Of a stretch of DNA of 64,000 nt, positions 18,876 to 28,585 are shown one piece after another (position 1 is the first letter of the stretch; every line of letters starts with the position of its first letter). Origin of the DNA: a virus. The stretch lies in the IMG/VR virus record IMGVR_UViG_3300037067_022550, one strand, 5' to 3'. Position numbers and translations under genes: made by a program. A model generated the notes under the pieces. That model was not told the DNA's origin, ran no database searches, and saw only the letters and a program-made list of their open reading frames with translations.

Positions 18876-20592
18876 ATGGGCTAAAGAATTCGGGCAAAAA
18901 TGGAATAGCAACTCATATTCTACCTTTGTAATACACGGAAATGTGTTTGATCTTTTTCCATATGACGAAAAATCAACATCATTCTTGTCTCTAAAACAAT
19001 TTATATCTAAAAGACTCTTCTTAGATAAAAAATATGTTATGCATTACGATATTGGAGATGGTTTGGTTTTTAGAGATAATGAAGTAAAAAAAGATTTTTT
19101 TAGCTGGCTAGAAGTATATGACCAAGTTGAAAAAACTAACTTCCATATAGACGGAATGCCTAGAGAGTTTTATAAAATAATCCCCATACTTAAAAGATTC
19201 ATAAGCCATGTTGAAGATGACAAAGATCCTAAACATAATAAAAACGGAATTATATTTTTTATAGATTTCCCAGAAAAAATATTTCCTAATTCTGAAAACG
19301 GCTCTTCACTAGAAGATAAAATGTCAATCACATCTATGCTAAAATTGTCCCTTTCTAAAGAAATAAGAGAATCTAAAATTACATTTATAATGCTTTCAGA
19401 ATCTATCCCAGAATTAAACCAAGAAATAGTCAGAAATCCAGCAGTATGTAAAGTTGAAATAGACTTCCCTATAGAAAACGAAAGAAATAATTTTATAGAA
19501 ACTTACCCTGATGAAAACTTTAATAGTATTTGTTCTTTGTCTAAAAAATCTTTGTCCCAAAAAACTTCTGGACTAAATATAACACAAATAAAAAACATAC
19601 TTTTAGAAGCAGAAAATAACCAATTCATAATAGACCATAATTATTTGTCAAATATTAAAAAGAAACTAATAGAAGAATATTGCCAAGGTCTTATAGTATT
19701 TAAAGAACCAAAAGAAAATCTTAACCTAGATTGTATAGCCACACATTCAGCAGCTAAAAAGAAATTAAAAGAAATTGTTTGGTTAATTAAAAACGATAAA
19801 AAAGATGTCATAGAAAAAGGAATCCTAATACCAGGAAGAGTGGGAGTCGGAAAATCATTCCTTATAGATTGCTTCTCATCAGAATGCTGCCTGCCAGTCG
19901 TTGTACTAGGCGACTTTAGATCTAAATGGGTAGGAGATACAGAAAAACAATTGTCTAAAATATTAGCAACTATTAAAGCACTAGGCCCAGTAATAGTAGT
20001 GGTTGACGAAGCAGACGCTGTGTTCGGAAATAGAAGTAGCTCAGGAGATAGCGGAGTCTCTACAAGAGTGTTTGCATCACTAGCAGCTCATATAGGAGAT
20101 TCTTCAATTAGAGGTACAGAATTGTGGATAGCTATGACATCTAGACCAGATCTCTTGTCAATAGATATGAAAAGACAAGGTAGATTCGGATTATGTATAC
20201 CACTTTTCCCTACCCAATCTATAAAAGAAACTATGGATATGTTCAAAATAGTAGCAAAAAATAACAAAATAGTTATCAATGAACAAGTTGAACAATATGT
20301 AACAAAAACATTCTGTAATAGTGAAATAACAGGTAGCGAAATAGAATCTATAGTTATTAGGGCAAAAGAAATGGCAGTATTGGAAAAACACGATGATAAT
20401 ATAACAGTAGAAAATTTTCAACAAACTATAGAATCTTTTATTAATCCCCTAGACCAAAATGTTCTAATGTTACAAGACCTTGCAGCATATCTTTCATGCA
20501 CAGATTCTAGATACCTTCCCCAAAAATATTCTGATCAAAAACTTAGAACAGATTTTATTAGAATATTTAATCAATTAATAAATAATATTTAA
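18856..20592 (+). CDS. AAA+ family ATPase (classical AAA with second region of homology)
   Basis: GRVGVGKSF Walker A. VVVVDEAD Walker B. SRPDLLSIDMKRQGRF second region of homology. About 300-aa N-terminal domain of unknown function. Confidence 0.75.
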   Translation: MNTNLPKWAKEFGQKWNSNSYSTFVIHGNVFDLFPYDEKSTSFLSLKQFISKRLFLDKKYVMHYDIGDGLVFRDNEVKKDFFSWLEVYDQVEKTNFHIDGMPREFYKIIPILKRFISHVEDDKDPKHNKNGIIFFIDFPEKIFPNSENGSSLEDKMSITSMLKLSLSKEIRESKITFIMLSESIPELNQEIVRNPAVCKVEIDFPIENERNNFIETYPDENFNSICSLSKKSLSQKTSGLNITQIKNILLEAENNQFIIDHNYLSNIKKKLIEEYCQGLIVFKEPKENLNLDCIATHSAAKKKLKEIVWLIKNDKKDVIEKGILIPGRVGVGKSFLIDCFSSECCLPVVVLGDFRSKWVGDTEKQLSKILATIKALGPVIVVVDEADAVFGNRSSSGDSGVSTRVFASLAAHIGDSSIRGTELWIAMTSRPDLLSIDMKRQGRFGLCIPLFPTQSIKETMDMFKIVAKNNKIVINEQVEQYVTKTFCNSEITGSEIESIVIRAKEMAVLEKHDDNITVENFQQTIESFINPLDQNVLMLQDLAAYLSCTDSRYLPQKYSDQKLRTDFIRIFNQLINNI

Positions 20593-20825
20593 AAATATTA
20601 TTGCTCATTGTCTTTGCTATCGCTACTGAATTTCCCTACTATCCAAGACATCATCTTTCCGTCCCCAATGTCCCCAATGCCCCTATTTTGTCCCATTAAA
20701 TGCACCCAAAATACGTAGCACAAATATTTTAAAATTTAAATAATTAAGGCAAAAAAATACAGGACTAATATTATCGGTTTAAGAATAATATCCTAAAAAA
20801 TGCAGTAATACGGAGATTAATATAT

Positions 20826-21389
20826 ATGAAAATGAAAATGAAAATATCTAAATCACAATGGGAATTTCTTAAATGCTCACAATCAAATCCGGAAATAGAT
20901 TTGTCTAAAAATCTTCCACAAGACATATATCAAGAAATACAATCACTGCCCAACCAAACTAAAGAAAAAGTTATAAAAGCAATAATACGGTTTTTAAAAG
21001 ACATAAAAGACAAAAAAATACAACCAAAAGAAGTGGAAGATATTATTAGAGAAGAAATTAAATATATAAAAACGATAGATAAAATGATGAATAAAATAAT
21101 AGACAAAACCCCAGCCCCAACCATTGATAAAATAAAAGAAATAATAGAACTAGTAAAAACAAATAACCCATCAGATCCAATCTTGAAATACCTAGACGAT
21201 TTACAGCAATATACTACCGAAATAGACCAATTAACATCCCAAGAAGATAAAATAGGTATCCAAAATGCAATAAATTCAATACTAGATAGATTTAAACAAG
21301 GTAAAATAACCAAAGATCAAATGGAACAGTCACTTAAAGAATTCTCTAAAAATAATATAAATAAAATAGTCCTGTCATCAAAAAAATAA
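20826..21389 (+). CDS. hypothetical protein
   Basis: 187-aa ORF. Confidence 0.5.
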   Translation: MKMKMKISKSQWEFLKCSQSNPEIDLSKNLPQDIYQEIQSLPNQTKEKVIKAIIRFLKDIKDKKIQPKEVEDIIREEIKYIKTIDKMMNKIIDKTPAPTIDKIKEIIELVKTNNPSDPILKYLDDLQQYTTEIDQLTSQEDKIGIQNAINSILDRFKQGKITKDQMEQSLKEFSKNNINKIVLSSKK

Positions 21390-21402
21390 AGGAATAATAT
21401 AA

Positions 21403-22209
21403 ATGATAAATAGTTTAATAAAATCAAACGATTTTCCCCTAAAACAATCACTGTTTTGGATGGACGGAAAAGAAGTTAGCTCCACATGGGGATTCCTAGC
21501 ACGTAATATCAGCGATAACTGGAGATGGCGTTGCATTAATTGGTTAACAAAAAATAATATCAACACTATGATATTCCTTACCTATGCTAGATTTACACCA
21601 GATTACGGAGATATAGATGTAAACCCATTTAAAGGAGATTTTGCATCAGATATTGATTATACAGAAATGACTAAATGGGATTATTGGCTTAAACTTGGTA
21701 AAAACGCAGGTAGTAATTTGATACCTTGCCTATATTGCGACGGAGAAACAATAACATCAAATAGAGAAGACTCAGCCCACCAATATTATCTAGACCTGGC
21801 CATACCATACCTAGCACAATATTGTAGAGCCTTAATACTAGGACTGGAAATGCCAGAAGTTTTTAAAATTAATAAAATAGAACAAATGATAGCTTACGCT
21901 AAAGAAGTTCGTAAACGTAATAATATACCACCAGAAAAATTTCCAATATCAGTACATGTACAATGGAAAAAAGGAGATTATGTTATCAAAGGTCAAGAAT
22001 GGGGATGCCTAGAACATCCATGGGACCCCAATAAAGGAAACGAACATAGCCCAGAAGAAGTCTCACAAGGAATAACAGATTACGCAAAAGCATCAGGATT
22101 GCTAATAGGAGCAGCTGAATATAACCTTAGCCTAGACGAACACCAAAAACAACAAACTATAGCAGCATCTAAAAACCCCTACTGTGTTATGGTGTCAGGA
22201 ACTATGTAA
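21403..22209 (+). CDS. hypothetical protein
   Basis: 268-aa ORF. Confidence 0.5.
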   Translation: MINSLIKSNDFPLKQSLFWMDGKEVSSTWGFLARNISDNWRWRCINWLTKNNINTMIFLTYARFTPDYGDIDVNPFKGDFASDIDYTEMTKWDYWLKLGKNAGSNLIPCLYCDGETITSNREDSAHQYYLDLAIPYLAQYCRALILGLEMPEVFKINKIEQMIAYAKEVRKRNNIPPEKFPISVHVQWKKGDYVIKGQEWGCLEHPWDPNKGNEHSPEEVSQGITDYAKASGLLIGAAEYNLSLDEHQKQQTIAASKNPYCVMVSGTM

Positions 22210-22230
22210 ATTAAAATCAATGTAAAATCA

Positions 22231-22701
22231 ATGAAAATTATCATAAATAGAAAACAATGGGATTCTATGTCTAAGTTTTCTCTATCTTCCCAATCTCATC
22301 AATCTTCTCAATCAGAATCTGCAGAATCTATCTTAGTTAAAAAAAAATTACTGGAACTATATAAGGAAAATGAAATAAAACAAAAACCAACCATTAATGC
22401 ATATTTGTTGTATGCAGTAAAACCATTCAAAGATACAGATATAATAATGAGTGTCCTATATAAAGACCTATATGCCAAAATAACTAAATATAACCAAAAA
22501 CTTGAGAAAATGTTGCAAAAAATTAAACTAGAACAAGATAAATCAAAAAAAATAAAAGATCTATTGGATTTTTACCCCCAAGCTTACTCAAATGTAGGTA
22601 AAGATGAATTGAATGATATAAAAATGGATGTAAGAAAAATGTCAGTTGAAGAAATTAATAAATATATAGATAAATATGTCTCAGGTTGGAGAAATATATA
22701 G
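22231..22701 (+). CDS. hypothetical protein
   Basis: 156-aa ORF. Confidence 0.45.
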   Translation: MKIIINRKQWDSMSKFSLSSQSHQSSQSESAESILVKKKLLELYKENEIKQKPTINAYLLYAVKPFKDTDIIMSVLYKDLYAKITKYNQKLEKMLQKIKLEQDKSKKIKDLLDFYPQAYSNVGKDELNDIKMDVRKMSVEEINKYIDKYVSGWRNI

Positions 22702-22727
22702 TAAAAATATATAAATAAAGGAACAAA

Positions 22728-23345
22728 ATGAAAATTACACTATCTAAATCCCAATGGCAACTAATAGGACAAACAACAGGATGGCTTAAAAATGCACAAT
22801 CAGATATAATACAAAATAAAAAATGTAAAGAATGTCACGGTAAAGGATTCATAACAACAAAATTAAAAAACCTGGGAACATTAGATTATAATGAACATAT
22901 AATATCTTGCCCATCCTGTAGCGGTAAAGGATATATTACTAAAGAAGACGAAATTTCCTACATGCATAGCATCTGTAATACCCCATGCCCCCATTGTAAT
23001 TGCAAAACAGCCCAAAAAGCACCAGAAGAAAAAGAAGAAAAAAAAGATAATATAGCCCTAACTATACTAAAACAACTCGGCGGAAATAAATTCCTTGCAA
23101 TGACAGGAGCTAAAAATTTAATAAACATTGGAAACGGATTGTCTTTTAAACTTCCAGGAGCAGGATTTACTAAAAATGGAATAAATTATGTTAAAATAAT
23201 ATTGAGCCCAAATGATACATATAATATTGAGTTTGGTAAAATACGAGGAACAACCTATAAAATAATAAATACAATCAATGAAGTCTATTTCGATCAATTG
23301 CAAGAAATATTCACATCAGAAACAGGACTTGATACACACCTGTAA
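22728..23345 (+). CDS. DnaJ-type (CxxCxGxG) zinc-finger protein
   Basis: CKECHGKG and CPSCSGKG motifs. Confidence 0.5.
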   Translation: MKITLSKSQWQLIGQTTGWLKNAQSDIIQNKKCKECHGKGFITTKLKNLGTLDYNEHIISCPSCSGKGYITKEDEISYMHSICNTPCPHCNCKTAQKAPEEKEEKKDNIALTILKQLGGNKFLAMTGAKNLINIGNGLSFKLPGAGFTKNGINYVKIILSPNDTYNIEFGKIRGTTYKIINTINEVYFDQLQEIFTSETGLDTHL

Positions 23346-23399
23346 TATGTCTTGACACCTGTAATATGTCTTGACTTTTTTTCATTAATATATTAAATA
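23338..23399 (+). promoter_or_regulatory. promoter with tandemly duplicated -35 region
   Basis: 19-bp unit acctgtaatatgtcttgac at 23338-23356 and 23357-23375. TTGACT 23371-23376, 17-nt spacer, TAAATA 23394-23399. Gene starts at 23437. Confidence 0.5.
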
Positions 23400-23436
23400 T
23401 CCAATGCATCCAGAATAATTATAATAAGGAAATAAT

Positions 23437-23718
23437 ATGCCTAAAGAAAAAAAATCAATAGAAATATTAATACAAAATAAATACGGTATCCATGCTAGAC
23501 CATCAGCCATGTTTGTTAAAACAGCTAGTAAATATCAGTCCAATATAACTGTGGAAAAAGATGATATCAAAATTACAGCCAAAGATATACTGGCACTTAT
23601 GACTTTGGAAGCTAGATGTGGCACTAAAATAAAAATAACAGCAGAAGGAGAAGACGCACAAGAAGCCTTAAACGATTTGCAACAATTAATTAATAATAAA
23701 TTCGGTTTTGAAGAATAA
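23437..23718 (+). CDS. HPr-like phosphocarrier protein
   Basis: Active-site His motif GIHARPSAMFV. Typical HPr length 93 aa. RBS AAGGAAATAAT. Confidence 0.8.
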   Translation: MPKEKKSIEILIQNKYGIHARPSAMFVKTASKYQSNITVEKDDIKITAKDILALMTLEARCGTKIKITAEGEDAQEALNDLQQLINNKFGFEE

Positions 23719-24470
23719 TATGGAAATAACATTATCTCTTATATAATTAAAACCTATCTAAAAAAAGAATTCCTAATTTTTTAAAAATTTTGTCCCCCCG
23801 AAAATTTTTTTTAACATTATTTTTGACATTTTTGATTTTTGATTAAAAGAATCTATAATTTTTTATTTTTTAGTACCCCCCAAAAAAATAAAAAGGGACT
23901 CTTTTAAAAAAATATCCCAAACTAGCCCTGAACCTTCCCCCCCTACCCCTATTTCCAAAATCCTTACAAGGGGGTATCTGCCTACCCTATTTCCCTTTAC
24001 CTGCCCCTTTACCTACCCATTTTCACTACCGATTACTATCGTACGAGTGCCTTTAACCTTACTACAACACCTTTCATTTGTAGCTGCAGGTGGAGGAGAT
24101 GTTATGGGACTAGCTCTACCATCAGAAGATCTCACTAGGATGGGGGTGCAGGATATCCTATAAAACAACACTCATGGTATATTCACTTATATTAAATATA
24201 AACTTTAATGGTATTATACATTATAGTTTATATATCTTATGGTCTGTTAATGGGTCTATATTCATCCACAATGCGTTATCTTATTCAAATAATAAGGTAG
24301 GGACTTCTTTTAATTTAGGTTAGATATTGGGCAACCTAAATATTTTATAATAGTAGTTAGTATGGGGAATGTATGAGTATGAGTAATGTCTGGGAGGAAG
24401 GGCACGTGGATCCCGTTCCTCCTTTTGTGGCAAAAAATAGTAAAAACGGCACTCATCATATAATGCACTC

Positions 24471-24516
24471 GCAAAAAATGAGAAGCCCTGTCTCCTTTCT
24501 GAAGGCAGGGCTTCTC
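24471..24516 (-). terminator. rho-independent terminator for leftward transcription
   Basis: 11-bp perfect stem gagaagccctg/cagggcttctc (24480-24516) followed on the minus strand by a T run (plus-strand aaaaaat 24473-24479). Confidence 0.6.
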
Positions 24517-24653
24517 GTATAATCTAATTTAATCCTATAATTTTTATTCTATATTTTTTATTTTAGCTACGTCATGGTAATCCTCCTTTCATTTTATTTC
24601 TAGTTATATTCGCCGGTTTGTCCGGCGTATCAAACGGCTTGACATAAGCCAAT

Positions 24654-25064
24654 TTATTTGGGTATATCAATCGGTTTGATAGTTGAAACATCTATTTTAA
24701 CGGGGTGCTGAATATTTGTTGGGTAGCCGTCTTTATGATAAGTCACTCCAGTAATTCTTTTAAATGTATCTTGACAGTCCCAAAGGTAGGTTTCTTTTTT
24801 AAAATCATTTGGGATTGTTTTATTATCTGACTTTTCGTTTTTGACCATTACTGCCTTAAAATTAGCAAGTGGTTGAATGGACTCAATAACTATTTTAAAC
24901 ATAGGCCAGTCTCCCATGCCCCTTCCAGATTCCTTACGGTATTTTGAGCCCTTTTCAGTAACCCAGAAGTTTTTAGTTTCCCTGATAAAAACAGTTCTGC
25001 TATATTTTTCTGGAGTTCTGGAATCACAGCCTTTTTCAATAGCCATATGTGTTATTGGTTTCAT
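24654..25064 (-). CDS. hypothetical protein
   Basis: 136-aa ORF. Family promoter immediately upstream. Confidence 0.5.
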   Translation of the reverse strand: MKPITHMAIEKGCDSRTPEKYSRTVFIRETKNFWVTEKGSKYRKESGRGMGDWPMFKIVIESIQPLANFKAVMVKNEKSDNKTIPNDFKKETYLWDCQDTFKRITGVTYHKDGYPTNIQHPVKIDVSTIKPIDIPK

Positions 25065-25072
25065 TTGTTAAT

Positions 25073-25101
25073 AGGCTATCATATTTATTTAGGAAGTCAA
25101 G
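25073..25101 (-). promoter_or_regulatory. early-promoter family copy (CTTGACTT-16-TAGCCT)
   Basis: Minus-strand TTGACT at 25095-25100, 16-nt spacer, TAGCCT at 25073-25078. ATG 8 nt downstream. Confidence 0.6.
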
Positions 25102-25370
25102 TATTATCTGGAAATTATTTTAAAGAGATTTTCAACCTTGTTTGATGTTGGAGCATCTTATCCCGCTTACTATAACTCTATCTACAAGAACAAGGCGAGT
25201 TACTCTTGTATTTTTAGAGAGTGGATCTTTATCAATTCCTTGTTTGCATTTATTAGCAGTTCTGCGGAACTTATGCATATGGCCACAATAGCCCATGCCT
25301 TCTTCGAAAACAGAATAGAAACTTTTCATTTTGATTTCTTTCATTTTAATTGGCTGATATGTTCTACCTA

Positions 25371-25544
25371 TGTTTAAACTTCTATTCTCTGTAAGGTTTC
25401 TTTGGCGGTTTGAGTTACGCCTTCTATATAGGATGTTTCGTCAAAATAATCGCAACCTTCGTATCTGTTGGCAGGATCGTAAGGGTCTTTTGCTATTTCC
25501 TTCAAAGTATTAAGGGCTATTTCCAATTTTTCTTCTATTGTCAT
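25371..25544 (-). CDS. small hypothetical protein (57 aa, not in ORF track)
   Basis: Minus-strand ATG 25542-25544 downstream of the promoter at 25587. MTIEEKLEIALNTLKEIAKDPYDP... Confidence 0.35.
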
Positions 25545-25556
25545 AATTTTTGCTTT

Positions 25557-25594
25557 CTGAAAATAATCCTACCAGATTATATATTAAAGTCAAG
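25557..25594 (-). promoter_or_regulatory. early-promoter family copy
   Basis: Plus-strand aagtcaag at 25587-25594, which is CTTGACTT on the gene strand. TAGGAT -10-like hexamer 16 nt downstream. Confidence 0.55.
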
Positions 25595-25604
25595 GATTAT
25601 TTTA

Positions 25605-26051
25605 CTATTTTTTACAGAAGTGGCAAATTATTTGAATATCTTTGCCATCCCATTCTCTTTCTCCATGACAAACTGGACAATTTTCTGGAGGCATATTGGC
25701 TGTTTTTCTCAGGTAATTGATAACATCTGGATGCAAATTAATTAATTGGAACTTATGTTTGATTTTCTTTTCTTCAATAATCTTGCACAGCTTTTTGAAT
25801 ACATTGTCAGGTTCTGTTATACTCAGTTCGGCTGCAACGGTTTCATATTGCTTTTTGAAGTCGTGATGTTCTGCACTCCAATTATTGGCAATGTTTTTTG
25901 GTCTTATAGTAAAGCATTTTGGGTTATTGCCATAGCGTTTAATTTGGGGGTTATCTGGAAGAGAGATGATGTGAGATCTGAGTTGGGACATTAATTCACT
26001 CATTACTTGTGCGTGGTGTTCAATTTCTGTTTGTAGTTTTTGGGTATTCAT
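25605..26051 (-). CDS. hypothetical zinc-ribbon protein
   Basis: 148 aa. CPVCHG...CHFCKK at the C-terminus. Confidence 0.5.
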   Translation of the reverse strand: MNTQKLQTEIEHHAQVMSELMSQLRSHIISLPDNPQIKRYGNNPKCFTIRPKNIANNWSAEHHDFKKQYETVAAELSITEPDNVFKKLCKIIEEKKIKHKFQLINLHPDVINYLRKTANMPPENCPVCHGEREWDGKDIQIICHFCKK

Positions 26052-26182
26052 TTTGCTTCTTAATTTTATTTTCCACTATTTTTTCAAGGCGTTGGGGAGA
26101 AAGAGTGATTATAATCCGTCTTGCTTCTGCCATACTGGTGCAGATATTGAGGTTACACAGTTCTTTTGCTTTAGCATTGAGA

Positions 26183-26374
26183 TCAGTTGGTGTATTTGTT
26201 GATGAATTCATTGACAAATTTTTCTTCGTGTTTATCTATTTCTACAATTACAAATTTAAATTTCTTTCCACAACCGCAGGGACATGGGGAGTAGGGGTCA
26301 TCTGGTATTAGAGAAATCCACTTATCTATTGCCAAGCCTTGCAGGTTATGGGTTTCCTGATTCATGTGCAACAA
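26183..26374 (-). CDS. SEC-C-motif small protein
   Basis: CPCGCGKKFK metal-binding motif. 63 aa. Confidence 0.45.
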   Translation of the reverse strand: MLHMNQETHNLQGLAIDKWISLIPDDPYSPCPCGCGKKFKFVIVEIDKHEEKFVNEFINKYTN

Positions 26375-26530
26375 ATTATTTTTCGAGAAGTTGTTTGCGG
26401 AGACTTCTTACTTCTTTTTGAAGGCTGGAGATATTGATGGCGAATCTTATTTTTATGACCTTCTTTCTTATCTCTGGGAACGGTCAAGCCAGCGACCATC
26501 AATGTTATTTATCCCTTTTTTCCTTTAAGA

Positions 26531-26568
26531 TATGCATAAAGAATAACAGATTGTATGTATATGTCAAG
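26531..26568 (-). promoter_or_regulatory. early-promoter family copy
   Basis: Plus-strand atgtcaag at 26561-26568 with conserved flanks. Confidence 0.5.
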
Positions 26569-26577
26569 TATTAAATA

Positions 26578-26820
26578 TTAATTTCCATAAAGCCATGAGA
26601 AAGAAGATGTTTTGCGTTCTTTTAAAACAATTGCTTCATATTGCCGTAGAACTTCCAATGTTTCGGAAATGGTAAGATATTCCATAGAGCCAGACAATTC
26701 AATTCTTGGTTCTCTTTGGGGATGCCACATGACGTAGCCTATTGGTTTACCGTCTCTGGTAATTTCCCTTGAATGTTGATCCATTGTAAGGTTTAAATTA
26801 ATCATTTTATTGAATTCCAT
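26578..26820 (-). CDS. hypothetical protein
   Basis: 80-aa ORF. Confidence 0.45.
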   Translation of the reverse strand: MEFNKMINLNLTMDQHSREITRDGKPIGYVMWHPQREPRIELSGSMEYLTISETLEVLRQYEAIVLKERKTSSFSWLYGN

Positions 26821-27179
26821 ACTGGGTCATAATTGTTCTTGTTTTCTTTTTCCTTGTTCTTAAGTTCATAGGCAGCGCACATAAACAGGACACGAAGAAC
26901 ATAGAACACTCCTGTTACAATAGCTCCATGCCATACAAGGAAACCCATTACTAATAGATCAAAGAACAAATAGAAACTTTGACAAAATGAACTTTTGGTC
27001 ATTAGCTTTTGTGTTGCTGGGTGTAAAAGGAATGGTGAAAATACAATTTGAATCCATACTATGCACAGGGCTATGTTTTTTGCCCCCTTTATTTCACCGA
27101 CATAACCTAACCACAACATGATTGCAAGCAAGATATTCCAGAAAATAAATTGAAACCATTTTTTTATTTTATTATTCAT
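26802..27179 (-). CDS. hypothetical membrane protein
   Basis: 125 aa with 3-4 hydrophobic helices. Confidence 0.5.
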   Translation of the reverse strand: MNNKIKKWFQFIFWNILLAIMLWLGYVGEIKGAKNIALCIVWIQIVFSPFLLHPATQKLMTKSSFCQSFYLFFDLLVMGFLVWHGAIVTGVFYVLRVLFMCAAYELKNKEKENKNNYDPVWNSIK

Positions 27180-27202
27180 TGAATTTCCTTATTATTTGTG
27201 AT

Positions 27203-27240
27203 TTGTTTTAAAGAGTAGCAAATTATTTTATAAAGTCAAG
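27203..27240 (-). promoter_or_regulatory. early-promoter family copy
   Basis: aagtcaag at 27233-27240 followed by tattatt. Upstream element agcaaattatttta shared with the copy at 32187. Confidence 0.55.
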
Positions 27241-27255
27241 TATTATTAAAAAAAA

Positions 27256-27543
27256 TTATGGAGCTAATACAACATCTTCAAAGGGTTTCTTTTGTTCACT
27301 TATATCTTTGTATTCTTCAAATGGGATTATTCCAGCTATACAGGCTTCAAAATTAAGGACATTGAGAAAATACCAAGATGCCCATTCAGCATTATTTTTC
27401 ATATGGAGGTGTTTGATTTGCTGAATGTCTTTGGGGAGAGTGAATTTCTTAAAGTAGTAGCCGTTGAAATTGCTCTTTATGCAAAGGGCAACATAGGTTT
27501 CGGAAGGGGAAACTACTTTGCTTGAATCATTAACTAATGACAT
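27256..27543 (-). CDS. hypothetical protein
   Basis: 95-aa ORF. Confidence 0.45.
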   Translation of the reverse strand: MSLVNDSSKVVSPSETYVALCIKSNFNGYYFKKFTLPKDIQQIKHLHMKNNAEWASWYFLNVLNFEACIAGIIPFEEYKDISEQKKPFEDVVLAP

Positions 27544-27569
27544 TGTTTATTTCCTATTAGTTGATTAAT

Positions 27570-27607
27570 TTGATAATAAATCTAACAAATTATGTGAAAA
27601 AGTCAAG
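27570..27607 (-). promoter_or_regulatory. early-promoter family copy
   Basis: aagtcaag at 27600-27607. Confidence 0.55.
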
Positions 27608-27621
27608 TGTTATTTTAAGAA

Positions 27622-27927
27622 TTATATATAATAAGGCTCAATTTGATCCTTAAATTCTTGGCTCCATATTCTTGGAGTAGTAAATATCATCATTGACTTC
27701 ATACAAAAGGTATAATATGCAATCTCATTACCTTCTTTGTTGAAGAAATAGACATGAACAGAGCCATTTTTTTCTTGTTGTTTTGTATACCAATTATGAG
27801 TATATATTGGCAAAACTCCTATACTTTCTACTTTAAATCCCATTTGTTCTAGGATGTCTTTTGCTTCTCCGACAGTTTCGATTTCTGTTAAAAGGGGCTG
27901 TCCGTCTGATGTTTTGTTATATTTCAA
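27622..27927 (-). CDS. hypothetical protein
   Basis: 101-aa ORF. Confidence 0.5.
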   Translation of the reverse strand: MKYNKTSDGQPLLTEIETVGEAKDILEQMGFKVESIGVLPIYTHNWYTKQQEKNGSVHVYFFNKEGNEIAYYTFCMKSMMIFTTPRIWSQEFKDQIEPYYI

Positions 27928-27960
27928 GGTATAATCCCTTATATTTTGTTTATTCTTTTC

Positions 27961-27998
27961 TGAAAATAAGTATGGAACAAAGTTATGAAAAAGTCAAG
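27961..27998 (-). promoter_or_regulatory. early-promoter family copy
   Basis: aagtcaag at 27991-27998. Confidence 0.55.
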
Positions 27999-28052
27999 GA
28001 TTAATTTGCTATTTTTTAAAGGATTGATGGGGGATTTGCTTTGGCATTAAGA

Positions 28053-28322
28053 TTAGATATTCATTGTAATCTTCTTGAGTTCTTTTTTTACAGTATTTAG
28101 GGTTTCAATATTAGTAAACAACTCATGTTCAAATGTTCTATTACGGGCTTGTAGCTTTTCAATTTTGGCCTTGGCTCCAAAAGATCCACAAGTTTTTATT
28201 TGGTATAATTTGTCATTGTTATGCCTTATCATATTGTGGAAATGTTGTATGTCATCAACCAGAGCTTTTGCTTCTTTTTTCAGTTCATGGATTATTTTTA
28301 AGATATTTTGGTTTGGGCTCAT
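28053..28322 (-). CDS. hypothetical coiled-coil protein
   Basis: 89-aa ORF. Confidence 0.45.
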   Translation of the reverse strand: MSPNQNILKIIHELKKEAKALVDDIQHFHNMIRHNNDKLYQIKTCGSFGAKAKIEKLQARNRTFEHELFTNIETLNTVKKELKKITMNI

Positions 28323-28547
28323 TTTAATTATTCTTTTTTGATGAAGATATTACAATAAAATTAATAGTATTTATGGATTAAATGTAAATTCTCTTACAAT
28401 TCCCTTTATACATTTAATGAACATTTTTGGTTTTTTGGTAATGCAGATTAGATGGAGGGCAATGCGTCCAGAATGACTTGAAGACAATTTTATTTGGGTT
28501 TCATTACTCATTGAATTTCTCCATTAAATTGTTTCATATCTCTTCCT

Positions 28548-28585
28548 TCTGAAATTAATATAACAGATTTTATAAATATGTCAAG
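28548..28585 (-). promoter_or_regulatory. early-promoter family copy
   Basis: atgtcaag at 28578-28585. Upstream block similar to the 60032 copy. Confidence 0.5.
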
